Shown piece after piece: positions 1 through 12,001 of a stretch of 64,000 bases of DNA (position 1 is its first letter; every line of letters begins with the position of its first letter). The translations under genes and the position numbers were made by a program. The DNA is from Octopus bimaculoides (lineage: Eukaryota), in the NCBI RefSeq assembly GCF_001194135.2, contig NC_068985.1:113609916-113673915 (forward strand). Direction: 5' to 3'. The notes under the pieces are model-generated. The model saw only the letters and a list, made by a program, of their open reading frames with translations. It ran no database searches and was not told where the DNA came from.

Positions 1-612
1 TATATATATATATGATTATATCTTATTTTCTATTTGAAAGCTTAGTTATGAAGCACGTGTAGTCATATTTCCGATCGATTTAATTGATTTGATTATATTT
101 TATTTTCTCTTTGAAAACTTGGTTATGAAACACGTGTAGTTGTTTTATTATTATTATTTTATGATTTTTACTTTGTATTTTATTATACTTATTTATCGTG
201 TATTTACTTATTAATTTTTTCTATATGTGACTGGATTTTCATGGATGAGTTCATGAACTTTGGTTCTGTTCTCTAAATCATATATATATATATTGTGTGT
301 GTGTGTGTGTATATATTCATCGTCATAAGAAATTTCGACCAATTTGTCAGCCAATAAATATTGCTTGATGTACAAATTATTTTGTACATATAGACACACA
401 CGGAGTTGTGTGATTGGATTGAAAACATTTTCTAACCACAAAATATCGGATTCATTCAACTCCATGTCTTTGTTAAATGTGTGGAACCTATCAAGCAAGA
501 AGTGATGAACATTAAGGTGTTTTGGTAGTTCTTCATGCCAAAGCTCCTTGTTTATTTTGACAGTGCTATGTTCTTTCCATGTGTGAAAGTGTTTTCCTAG
601 AAAATGAAACTA

Positions 613-1010
613 GGTGCAGGAGTGGCTGTGTGGTAAGTAGCTCGTTTACCAACCACATGGTTCAGGGTTCAATCCCACTGCGTGGCACCTTGGGCAAGTG
701 TCTTCTACTATAGCCTCGGGCCGACCAAAGCCTTGTGAGTAGATTTGGTAGATGGAAACTGAAAGAAGCCTGTCGTGTATATGTATGTCTGTGTGTGTGT
801 TTGTGTGTTTGCATTTGTGTTTGTCCCCACATCGCTTGACAACTAATGGTGTGTTTACGTCTTTGTAACTTAGCGGTTCGGCAAAAGAGACCGGTAGAAT
901 AAGCACTAGGCTTACAAAGAATAAGTCCTGGGGTTGATTTCCTCGACTAAAGGCGGTGTTCCAGCATGGCTGCAGTCAAATGACTGAAACAAGTAAAAGA
1001 GTAAAGAGAG
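613..1010 (+). mobile_element. tRNA-head SINE family A (CORE-like centre, resembles octopus OR-type SINEs)
   Basis: Head ggtgcaggagtggctgtgtggtaag with B-box ggttcaatccc, CORE-like gcaccttgggcaagtg, central (TG)n, tail ggcggtgYtccagcatggc...gaaacaagtaaaagag. Many copies in the window. Confidence 0.85.
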
Positions 1011-2149
1011 CATTGAAGGATGAATAGAAAATTATTGACAGTTGGATCTTCCAAATATTTAAATTCAATTATTGAAGTTGAATCCACCAAATATTTTAAC
1101 TGAATTCTTAATTGAATTGAGCAAAACATGGCTATTACCTACTGAGGTGTATGTAATGTTTAATTGATTAGCAGCAATTATGCAAAATACCATCATCATC
1201 ATCATCCTTTGACACCCATTTTCGTTGCTGGCATGAGTAAGGCAACTTGACAAGATCAGCATGCTGCAATGTCTGCTACTTTACAGCATGTATTGGGTGA
1301 TTTTTATGTGGCATCAGCACTAGTGAGGTTGCTATGCAGCCTGCAAGATCCAACAGAAGTGAGGTCACTGTGTAGCTTGTTAGATCCAGGATTTGTGAGG
1401 TGGCCATGCACCTTGGTAGACTTAGCACCAGTAAAGTTGCCATGCAGCTTATAAGACTTGTGCAGCTTGTGAAACATTTTGTATGCCTACTTTCATTGCT
1501 TTGACCGTGTCCTGGTTGTATCGAGGATGTAAAATACATAAAAAAAGCCACAAAATAAAGATGGATATCTTGTGGAAGAGTTTATTTCAAGACTTCAATG
1601 CACATGTCGGCACTGACCACAGATCATGAAAAGGAGTGATTGGGAGGAATGGTGGCCTTGAACTCGATGGAAATGGAAAGGCCCTACTAGACTTAGCTGC
1701 TGGAAATGGGCTCTCTATTATGAACACATTCTTCCAGCACAGGAATATCCATAAGTATACCTGATATAGGGATACTTTGAGACAGAGGTCACTAATAGAT
1801 TTTGTTATCACCTCTGACTTCTTTGATTCTGTGTTAGACATTTCATGCGAAAAGCGAAACTGATCACCACCAGGCTGCTTGCAGCCCGAAAATATCTACA
1901 ACAGTGGAGAGCTCACAAAACTGGCAAGTTGTAAGAGGATAAAGTGTGAAGCCTTAGTGGTTGATTGGATCAGAAATATATATATATGAGGACACTTGCA
2001 TCCAAATTCAGAGACCTTTCCGAATAAAGAGGATGTTGATGCAGAGTGGAGATTGTTTTGTTTGGCAGTTTCTTCTTTGGCTGTACAATGTGGATGAAAG
2101 AATCTGTGTGGTGCTAGGTGCCAAAAGAACTCCTGGTGTAGATAGAGGA

Positions 2150-2375
2150 TTAACCCTTTAATATTCAGATTATTCCCTCAAATGTAATGTTTGTTTATTT
2201 ATGTTTTCAATTAAGCATGCATTATCTTGTAGTTTAGAGATTCCGATGATGTGGTTGCTTAGTTTTAGAATGACATTATGTGGATGAGGTGAAAGGCCAG
2301 ATGTAGCCAGTTTCAATATTAAAAAAAGTTAAATATTTTGGTCAGATATGGCTGGTTTGAATGCTAAAGGGTTAA
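2150..2375. mobile_element. piggyBac-type MITE with TTAA target duplication
   Basis: TTAA-CCCTTT...AAAGGG-TTAA termini. Removing it rejoins the interrupted RTE sequence (gatagagga-ttaa-agatgccatcc). Confidence 0.85.
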
Positions 2376-3175
2376 AGATGCCATCCAAGCAAAGAAGTAT
2401 ACAAAGCTTGGCTTGAAAGCAAGACTTGCCTTTGCACAGGCAGTACACTGAGGAATGAAAAGTAGCAGCAGAGACAATAAAAGCATCCAAGGTCAAGTTA
2501 TAGGAAGACTATGGGGTTATGCTGAACTCTGATTTTAGATTGGCTAATAAAGTATTCTAGCAGACCATCTGCTAACTTTGTAACAAGAAACCTCCCACAC
2601 CTGACATTAGGAACCTGACAGAAGTTCTCTCCACAGAAAAGAGTGTTCTTAGAAGTTTATGACAACACTTTGCTGATCTAAATCTGGTTACAATAAAATC
2701 TTCTGGTGGACACAAGGAGCATCTAGTGGGTGAACATTAACTTCAAAGTTGCTTAAGTCATCAGAGTGATTAAATCACTGAAGCATGGTAAGGCCTTAGA
2801 TGCTAAAAACCTTAAACAGATAAGGTATTCTCTGGCTGACTCATTTATGTCAGGTGGCTTGGGCCTCTGGAAACACACCAAAACAATGGTAATCTGGGGG
2901 TGATAATCCCAACTTTAAAAAAAAAGTGACAAGAGAATGCTTTAATTATTGAAGAAGCTTCTTGTTGAGCCTACACTAGATGTTTGGAAGAGATGGGGGA
3001 AAACTGTTAAGTTCAAACTTACTGAAGGACAGGGTGGCTTCTATTTTGGATGCGGCATAACTGACCATTTATTCACTCAACAGCAGGTCTTTGAGAAATT
3101 GTGGGAATATTGCTTTGTAGACTTTGAAAAAAATATATGATCTGCTGCTGCAGAGGGTTTTGCAGGAATCTGTAA

Positions 3176-3398
3176 TTAACCTGTTGGCATTTAAACTGGC
3201 TTTATCTGGCCCAAATATGCTATCTGCTTTATAGTTAAATCATCTAGATTCAGCCTCTTGCACCTACTCTACAATGTCATTCTACAAATAAGCAAACATA
3301 TCATTGAAATCTTGAAGCAATGTGATGATGCACAATTAATTCAGAACAATGTGAATAAATAAGCATTACATTTGACAATCTGAATACTAAAGGGTTAA
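3176..3398. mobile_element. piggyBac-type MITE, same family
   Basis: TTAA-CC...GAATACTAAAGGG-TTAA with the same internal sequence as 5981-6208. Further copies near 22860-23042, 23915-24110, 38940-39150, 39615-39797, 40340-40520 and 49437-50012. Confidence 0.75.
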
Positions 3399-3624
3399 TT
3401 GGTAACTTTTGGTTGCTGTAAAATCCCTATGCAAAAGCCCAAATGTTTGTATTCAGGTAAATTGTGCTGCACTGAAACCTATCCATATGGGTGATGGACT
3501 TCAGTAGGGGTAAAAATTATGGAAGGTTTAAGTACCTTAGGGCTGTATTCAAGAGCGATGGTAGGCAAGAGGCTGAATTGAATGCTAGAATTGCAGGTAC
3601 TGGTAGAGTAATGCACCAGCCCCA

Positions 3625-4023
3625 GCATTCGAAGCTTAGAAGAGGAGAGGTTCACCTTCCTGGCACTTGTGCCGCAGCTTTGCGTTTCTGGCAATTGTGC
3701 CGGTGGTACATGAAAACTCATTTGAGTGAGTTCGTTGCCAGTGCCACTGGACTGGCTCCTGTGCAGGAGGCACGTAAAATACACCATTTTGAGCGTGGCC
3801 GTTGCCAGTACCACCTGACTGGCCTTCGTGCCAGTGGCACATAAAAGCACCCACTACACTCTCGGAGTGGTTGGCTTTAGGAAGGGCATCCAGCTGTAGA
3901 AACTCTGCCAAATCAGATTGGAGCCTGGTGTAGTCATCTGGATCACCAGTCCCCAGTTAAATCGTCCAACCCATGCTAGCATGGAAAGCGGACGTTAAAC
4001 GATGATGATGATGATGATGATGA
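3625..4023 (+). mobile_element. Short retroposon family D with (GAT)n tail, nested in the RTE LINE
   Basis: Conserved block gttggcgttaggaagggcatccagctgtagaaactctgcc...ggacgttaaacgatgatgat. Copies at about 20460-20730, 24625-24805 and 46800-46990 (+), and 42575-42790, 50015-50310, 54150-54310, 55460-55690 and 62597-62745 (-). Confidence 0.8.
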
Positions 4024-4542
4024 TTTTCATGCTTATTCTCATTTGTTAAGCAACCAGAATAGGGTTTTACCAAATCAGTGGAGTAGATAGCTCAGATATC
4101 AAGAAGTCTCTCCAGGTGGAGCTGCTCATTCTCCCCATTGAGAGGTCACAACTCTGATACTTACAGACATGTGATTAGAATGTCTCAGAAAAAATTGCAA
4201 GACAGACTTTTCAAACTGAGACATCTGGCAGGAAACCCAGCGGTAGGCCACAAATAAGATGGTTGGATAATATCTATAAACTTGGTTGGTTACACTTGGG
4301 AATCCAGCCAGAAAAGCAAATGATCGTCATTTCTAACAGGACTCTATGGAAGAGGTGCTTTGGACTCTACCCCAACAATGGTCCCAGGAACAGGAAACAA
4401 AAAACTAGATGGATTGATATATACTGCCTCAAAGATAGGACTTAGTAGATTTCCTTTTTTCATTCCCTCACAATGTAAATATGTGGGTGAGTAAGAATGT
4501 GTCTTTCATGAATGGTTGCAAATTTCTTTTCTGTGTTGATAT

Positions 4543-4928
4543 TGTTGTTGGCACTCTGTCGCTTACGATGATGAGGGTTTTAGCTGATCTGACCAATGAA
4601 ACAGCCTGCTTGTGAAATTAACGTGCAAGTGGCTGAGCACTCCACAGACACGTGTACCCTTAACGTAGTTCTCGGGGATATTCAGCGTGACACAGTGTGA
4701 CAAGGCTGACCCTTTGAATTACAGGTACAACAGAAACAGGAAGTACGAGTGTGAGAAAGTTGTGGTCAAAAAGAGTACTGCAGGGTTCACTACCATCCCC
4801 TGCCGGAGCCTCGTGGAGCTTTAGGTGTTTTTGCTCAATATACACTCACAATGCCCGGTCTGGGAATTGAAACCGTGATCCTATGACCGCGAGTCCGCTG
4901 CCCTAACCACTGGGCCAATTCGCCTCCA
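4543..4928 (-). mobile_element. tRNA-head SINE family B with 12-bp TSD
   Basis: Head gaggcg..tggcccagtggttagggcagcggactc, tail ...gagtgccaacaac; TSD ctgtgttgatat at 4531-4542 and 4929-4940. Confidence 0.88.
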
Positions 4929-5736
4929 CTGTGTTGATATAACAATGAATAAAATTCTTCTGTTTTGAAGGTTCCAAGACCTTGAAATGTACTGGAGCAT
5001 ACTGCTTCAAAGTAAATTAGTTGAAATCATCTTATTTCCATGTAATAAAAAAACACACACATTCTCTTTCCTTCTAACTACAAAAGATACATAATATACA
5101 TGTTTAAATATTATAAAGCTTCACTGTGGCATAAAAATGAGAATGTAAATCTATTCTTTCCCCTCTATGAATGAGCAGAAAAATAGAGGGAGAGTGAGTG
5201 AGTCTCCTGATGGACTGTTTCATGGTTTGTTGACTGCTTCCTCAGAAGACGTACCTGGCTTCCTTCTCAAATCAATAACTGGTTATACAAGTGGGTGCAG
5301 AAAAGCACCTGACTTTAAGGGTATCATGAAAGGCCAGGTTAGAGGCCCAACCTTCTGAGTTCTTTTAAAGAGAACTTAGAAAAACTGAAGGACTGCTGCA
5401 ATAAGTGTGTGAATGTGAGAAGAGAATAGGTTAAATAGACTCATAACTGATCCTCCAGTATTTTGTTTTATCCAAAGCCAGGAACTTTTCAGCCCCTTTC
5501 TCTCATAAAGCAGTCGTGAATTAGGTTAGCACTGTGGTGGAGACTAATTTGCATATTTCTACTTTTGATAACTTGTCATTAATTAAACAATATCTATGCA
5601 CAACAGTATAAATTAGATCTGAATAGTATAAAGCCTCTGTTTATGTGCCTATCCTTGCTTAATGCTCATGAATGTTAGGTAATGACTAAAAGAATACAAG
5701 TGGCTGAAATAAGTTTCCTCCAAAGAGGATCTAGAT

Positions 5737-6309
5737 CAGGGGTTCTCAATCACTTTTCATCTGTGGACCGCTTTAATTACTATTTTATTCTGGTGTACCG
5801 ACATAGCCATTCAACTTTTAAAGACTAGTTTTATAGGAATGTCTTTCAAAATTTGTATCTTGTTCTTCACACATTACATAGTTTAACCTATACAAGTTAA
5901 AATGTTAAAGAAAGAAACCCAGTTGCTTCTTGCAAAACATACCAATATATACATCTAAAGCAAAAGATTTTCAGGGCCCCTTAACCCTTTAGTGTTTAAA
6001 CCGGCCATATCAGGCCAAAATTGTCTTCCAGTTTTATGCTCAAACCAGCCAGCTCTGACCTCTCACACCTACCCTACAAAGTCATTCTAAAAATAAACAG
6101 GGACATCATCAACATCTCAGAGTTACAAGATGCTGTACAATTAACTTAAAACAATGTAATTAAACAGGCTTTACATTTGACAGAGTAATCTGAATGCTAA
6201 AGGGTTAAGCTACTATTATGGATCCCCAATTTACTATTTTGTAATATGAACCCCCAAAAATCTTGTATGGTTCCTCAGGGGCCATATGAACACTGGTTGA
6301 GAACTACTG
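5737..6309. mobile_element. hAT (Charlie-like) MITE
   Basis: TIRs CAGGGGTTCTCAA / TTGAGAACTACTG; imperfect 8-bp flanks atctagat / atttagag. Confidence 0.75.
5981..6208. mobile_element. piggyBac-type MITE nested in a hAT MITE
   Basis: TTAACCCTTTAGTG...GAATGCTAAAGGGTTAA termini. Confidence 0.85.
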
Positions 6310-6402
6310 ATTTAGAGTAATATTATTCAACAGGATTTACAGCTCAAAGATCAGTCATGGCTGGATAAAGCTCCCTTTTTCTAAACATCAAATAGTTTTG
6401 AA

Positions 6403-6775
6403 TGGCTGTGTGGTAAGTAGCTTTCTTACCAACCACATGGTTCTGGGTTCAGTCCCACTGCATGGCACCTTGGGCAAGTGTCTTCTACTATAGCCTCGGG
6501 CCGACCAAAGCCTTGTGAGTGGATTTGGTAGACAGAAACTGAAAGAAGACCATTGTATATATATTTGTGTGCCTGTGTTTGTCCCCCCCCCCCCCAGCAT
6601 TGCTTGACAACTGATGCTTGTGTGTTTACATCCCCGTAACTTAGCGGTTCGGCAAAAGAGACCGATAGAATAAGTACTAGGCTTCCAAAGAATAAGTCCT
6701 GGGGTCGATTTGCTTGACTAAAGGCGATGCTCCAGCATGGCTGCAGTCAAATGACTGAAACAAGTAAAAGAGTAA
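6403..6775 (+). mobile_element. SINE family A copy
   Basis: Colinear with 613-1010. Confidence 0.85.
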
Positions 6776-7930
6776 ACAAGAATGTGCTTACATTCTGACT
6801 TAATGCACAGCAAGACTATAATCAAATATATTTTCTGGTTTATGATGTGCACAACTTATCACCATCATCATTTTGATGTCCACTTTTTGCATGAGTCGGA
6901 TGGAATTTGTTGAAGCAGATTTTCTATGGCTGATGCTCTTTCTGTTGCCAAGCAACACAAATATATCTCTACGGCCAGACATGTCTTCATGGAATATTGG
7001 AAACTTGCTTGCATGATGGTGATGCTTACTTAGAACCACCATGTCAAGTCAAGAGACCAGACATACACACATATACACAAGATGAATTTCATTCAGTTTT
7101 CGTCTACCATATCCACTCACAAGGCTTTGGTTAGCCCAAACATATACTTGAGGACAAGGTACTGCCTGCATAATAGAACTGCATCCAAAACCACAGTCAT
7201 TTCTACACCTATATATAGCGGGTAGCCATGTATATCTACTGCAAAGCACCTCTTTGTTACTCTGTCATATTTTAGCCTTTCCTCACGTGGCATAAAGCCA
7301 CCTCACTTGTGCTGGTTCCATGTAAATAAATCACTTAGTACACTCTGTGAGTGAAGGTTAGGGCATTTGGCTCACGATCGTAAGGTTGTGAGTTCAATTC
7401 CCAGCGACGCGTTGTGTCCTTGAGCAAGACACTTTATTTCACGTTGCTCCAGTCCACTCAGCTGGCAAAAATGAGTAGTACCTGTATTTCAAAGGGCTGG
7501 CTTTGTCACACTCTGTGTCATACTGAATCTCCCTGAGAACTATGTTAAGGGTGCACGTGTCTGTGGATTGCTCAGTCACTTGCACGTAATTTCACGAGCA
7601 AGCTGTTCCGTTGATCGTATCAGCTGGGACCCAAAGCGAGAAAGGAGAGACACTCTGTGAAGGGGTTGACATGAGTAAAGGCATCTAGCCTTAGAAACCA
7701 TGCCAAAGCAGACAATGGAGCTTGGTGAAGTCTTCTGGCTTCTGTCAAACTATCCAACCTATGCCATCATAGAAAATAAATGTCAAACACTAATGATGTA
7801 ACAAATAATATTAAATACATTTATGAAGAAATCTTTCCATGTTCACTTGAAAATCAAAATTTACATTAGAAAAAAATAATTCATATGACAGCAAAAAAGA
7901 AGAAAATAAAACAAGATTAATTATTTTTCT

Positions 7931-7954
7931 TTTATTTTTTTTCAAAATTTTATT
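7931..7954 (-). promoter_or_regulatory. Putative AATAAA polyadenylation signals of the plexin 3' UTR
   Basis: Two AATAAA hexamers on the minus strand followed by a U-rich tract, about 700 nt downstream of the gap thought to hold the last exon. AATAAA is common in DNA this AT-rich. Confidence 0.3.
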
Positions 7955-8428
7955 TCATTATTATTAATATTATTTGAATTATTTTCCAACTCTTTCTCCC
8001 CTCCCTTCCCTTTTCTCCATTTCTTTCCTCATTGGCCCTTCCCAATTCGCAAAAACTTTTAGTTATTATTATTATTATTATTAATATTATCATTTTTTTT
8101 TTGGTTTCATGTCCATTTACATTATATTTATTTATATATATATTTTTTTTTTGAGATATAAAAAATTATATAGTTTTGTTATGTTTAATGTGTGCTTATG
8201 TAGAGGTGGCGGTGGTTCTTGTTTTTCTTTATTTCAAATTTTCTTTCTTTATAAAGAGGGCAAAGGAGATTAAATACACACATTATACAAATGTGTGTGT
8301 GTGTGTGTATATATAGTAAAAGTATAATCCTGGTGGCTGTAGTTACTGTGTATACACACATACACACACAAACACGCACATACATACATCAATGTTTATA
8401 CACTTATACACACACAAATATATAAATA

Positions 8429-8461
<33 letters not shown>

Positions 8462-8584
8462 GTAGCACTGTGACAAGATATTTTGGTGATTGGGAAAGTG
8501 GATAGTGTTTTGTAAGTTTGTGTTGGTGAGTGGTTGGGCAGGTGGGTGAATCAATATATGTAGTCCGGTAGCAGTAATAGAAGT

Positions 8585-8615
<31 letters not shown>

Positions 8616-8636
8616 GAGGAGACAGAGAGGATATAA

Positions 8637-8736
8637 NNNNNNNNNNNNNNNNNNNNNNNNNNNNNNNNNNNNNNNNNNNNNNNNNNNNNNNNNNNNNNNN
8701 NNNNNNNNNNNNNNNNNNNNNNNNNNNNNNNNNNNN
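8637..8736. other. Assembly gap of exactly 100 N (unknown-size placeholder)
   Basis: Direct inspection. Other N runs have irregular lengths and mostly abut (TA)n or (TG)n tracts. Confidence 0.95.
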
Positions 8737-9009
8737 TAAATTGAATTTAATTGAGTTTTTACCTGTAAATTTGGATTTTTACCCCTAATATCATTATATA
8801 TATATATATATATAATGTGACTGTTTAATTTTAGAATGACACTGTAGGATAGATGGGAGAAAATGGATTTGGCCACTTTGAACAAAAACAGGTAGGATAT
8901 TTTGGTTGGATAATGCCAGTTTAATTGCTGGAAGGTTAATGCCATGGCATTACCATGTAATGTTTCTCGGACATGATTGCAAAGAGACAGAGATAAAGAC
9001 ACAGCATAC

Positions 9010-9084
9010 CTTACAACTATAACTGTCAACATATTTGTACAATTCATTCAATGCTGCTTCTGTGTTGAACTCATGGCAATGTAT
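9010..9084 (-). CDS. PlexA: Plexin-A exon 13 (IHCHEFNTEAALNELYKYVDSYSCK); penultimate coding exon by homology
   Basis: H..EFN..AALNELYxY motif. Acceptor ttctatctatag, donor gtatgc; 75 nt. No stop codon, so at least one more exon is required. Confidence 0.94.
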
Positions 9085-9149
9085 CTATAGATAGAAGAGA
9101 CAAAAATGGAAGTATTAGATTCGGTACTGCTATATAAACCAATATTAAC

Positions 9150-11170
9150 TTTTAACATAGGCACAAGGATACACATTTTGAAGGAGAGGGAATGTTTTAC
9201 TGAATCAATCCCCTGGCACTTGATGAGGAGTTGACTTCTGGAAGGATGAAAGGTAAATTGAGCCTTGATGGCATATAAAACTATTTCATATTCTGAATTC
9301 TAGTGATCTGCTGATTCTGTTATGTTGCATGATTAACAATATTAGTTTCAAATTTTGGCATATGGCTAGCAAATTTCAGGGAGGGGTTACATTGATTGTA
9401 TCAACCCCAGTGTTCAACTGGTACATGTTTTATAGACCCCGAAAGGATGAAAGGTGAAGTTGACCTCGGTGGAATTTGAACTCAGAACGTGAAGATAGAT
9501 GAAATACTGCTGAACATTTTGCCCAGTGTGTTAACAATTCTGCCTGCTTTCCACCTTAACTACCATTTATAATAATCCTTTCTACTAAAAGCACAAAGCC
9601 TGAAATTTTGGTAAAGGGGACTAGTTGATTACATTGACCCCAGCATTTCACTGGTACTTAATTTATTTACCCCCAAAAGAAGGTAAAGCAAAGCCAACTC
9701 TGGTGGAATTTGAACTCAGAACATAAAAATGAACAAAATTTCACTAAACATTTTGCCAAGTGTGCTAAAAATTCTTCCAGCTCACTGCCTTAATAATAAT
9801 TGTTTCAAACTTTTGGCACAAGGTTAGAAATCTTAGGAGGAAGGATTTTGTTGGTTGCTCCAACCCTAGACCTTGAGTGGTACTTTATCTTAATGACCTT
9901 GAAAAGTTATGAAAAGCAAAGCTGACCATGACAAGATTTGAGCTCAGAATATAAGGAGCTGGAAAAACTGCAGCTAAGCATTTTATTCAATGCACTAATG
10001 ATTCTGCTACTTGCAGCCTTAGAACAAAATTGACTGATACAGGATTTGAACTCAGAAAGTGATGAAATTGAGCATTGGAAACAATGCCTTGCATTAACTT
10101 TTTTGCCAATCCATCACCCTAAAAAATGTACAACTTCAGGAAGACTCCTTTAGAAAAGGTATCAGGTAAGATTGATCTCTCCCCAAGATGTTCCATGGTG
10201 CTATCTACACATGTCTTTACGTACAAGACCATGAAGCATAATGATGCTTCAAATTTTAGCACAAGGCATAAGAATTATTTAGTGGGGATTAGTTGATTAC
10301 ATCGATCCCAGTACATGGCTGGTACTTTATCTTATCTATCCTGAATGGATGAAAAGCAAATTTGACAGCAGTATGATTTGAACACTGAATGTAAGGAGCT
10401 GGAAGAAATACCGCTAAACATTTTGTCAAACAGTTCACTATCTTATTATCAAATTTTGGCACAAACCCAGCAATTTTGGGGAAGGGCTACTTGATTATAT
10501 TGACCCCCAGCATGTAACTGATATTTATTTCATTGACCCCGAAAGGATGAAAGCAAAGCCAGCCTCGACAAAATTTGAACTCAGATTGTAAAGATAGATG
10601 AAATACTTATTTCTTCATTGTCTACAAGGGGTTAAACATAGAGGGGACAAACAAGGACAGACAAAGGGATTAAGTCGAATACATAAACGCCAGTGCATAA
10701 CTGGTACTTAATTTATCAACCCTAAAAGGATGAAAGGCAAAATCGAACTCGGCAGAATTTGAACTCAGAACGTCATGGTAGATGAAATACTGCTAAGCAT
10801 TTCGCTCGGCATGCTAATATTTCTGCCAGCTCGTCGCCTTAGATGGATGAAATAACTGCTAATGATTCTACCAGTTTTCCGTCTTAATAATAATAATAAT
10901 AATCCTTTTTGCTAAAGACACAAGGCCTGAAATTTTGGGGGAGGAGGTAAGTCGATTACATCAACCCCAGTGTTTCACTGGTACTTATTTCCTCAACCCC
11001 GAAAAGATGAAGGGCAAAGTCAACCTTGGCAGAATTTGAGCTGCGAACATGATGTATGAAATACTGCTAAGCATTTTGCCTGGCATGCTAATAATTCTTC
11101 CAGCTCACCACCTTAAAAGGTAATAATAATAGTAATGATAATAATAATCCTTTCTACTTTTGTTACCATA
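9150..11170 (-). mobile_element. Head-to-tail array of about 8 SINE family C copies
   Basis: The core gaaaggatgaaaggcaaagt...gaatttgaactcagaa recurs every ~200-300 bp, all in one orientation, separated by (AAT)n. Confidence 0.85.
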
Positions 11171-11388
11171 TTTCTGTCATGTTCAATTAACTTTGAAAAC
11201 AATGAAGAACTTAGTAAAATAATTGTCCTGATTAAGCTGGTGTTTGCAATATAATTCAACATGAAATTTTGCTGGGAAATCATAATTCAGATAATTATAA
11301 AACAAGAAGTTTGAATCATAAAACTAGGAGCAGTCTCAGATAGTTCAAAACCTAAAGGGTTAGGTCAATCATCTATTACTTTCTATGT

Positions 11389-11926
11389 CAGTGGTTCCCA
11401 AACTTTTTAGAGACGCGACCCACTATTTATGGCGACCCACTTAACTCTACTGGGTAAAAACATTAATGAAAGAAACAAATTTATTTCAGATTACATTTTC
11501 ATTGAGGCCTGTGAGAAGGATGAGCCTGTTTCTTGCTACGCTCAGTAATAGAATTAACATCAGGTTCAATGGGTAGGTATTAACTCTAATACAAAACCTT
11601 GAAGCAGTAACTGTTATCAGCTCGATCAGTGTTGTACTGCGCCTAGTTAAAGTTCTCTATAAATAGGTAAAAACAGACTTTTCCTTTTTATGATTACGTA
11701 CGAATAAATAACTTGAGAAAATGACCACCTCTGATTTGTTAAGTGCATGACAAAAGCCTACTGCTTGATAAAACAACCAGTCTGGTATTGAAAACTTGAG
11801 TCTTGAACTATCTCGATAGACAGCAGTTAATCAAAGCTAAAGTGTAATTTTATAGCTTTTTGCAACCCACTAGGATTTCGTTCATGACCCATCAGTGGGT
11901 TGCGACTCATAGTTTGGGAACCACTG
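11389..11926. mobile_element. hAT (Charlie-like) MITE
   Basis: Perfect 15-bp TIR CAGTGGTTCCCAAAC / GTTTGGGAACCACTG; 8-bp TSD ttctatgt / ttctatgg. Confidence 0.88.
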
Positions 11927-12001
11927 TTCTATGGTGTTTTGAGGTATATTTCAGATGAATAAATAAAAGAAAAAAAACCAGCTAAAGAATTTGGTACTTA
12001 C

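Larger units (their letters stand above)
1590..4430 (+). mobile_element. Decayed RTE-clade LINE (Rex3/Expander-like) with nested insertions
   Basis: Broken reading frames give endonuclease (DFNAHVG, NTFFQH, SLIDFVI), RT (EGQGGF, CFVDFEK, FKYLRAVF) and C-terminal (GRPQIRWLD, LGIQPE) motifs. Many stops and frameshifts; ends in a GATGGAT-type tail. Confidence 0.85.
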
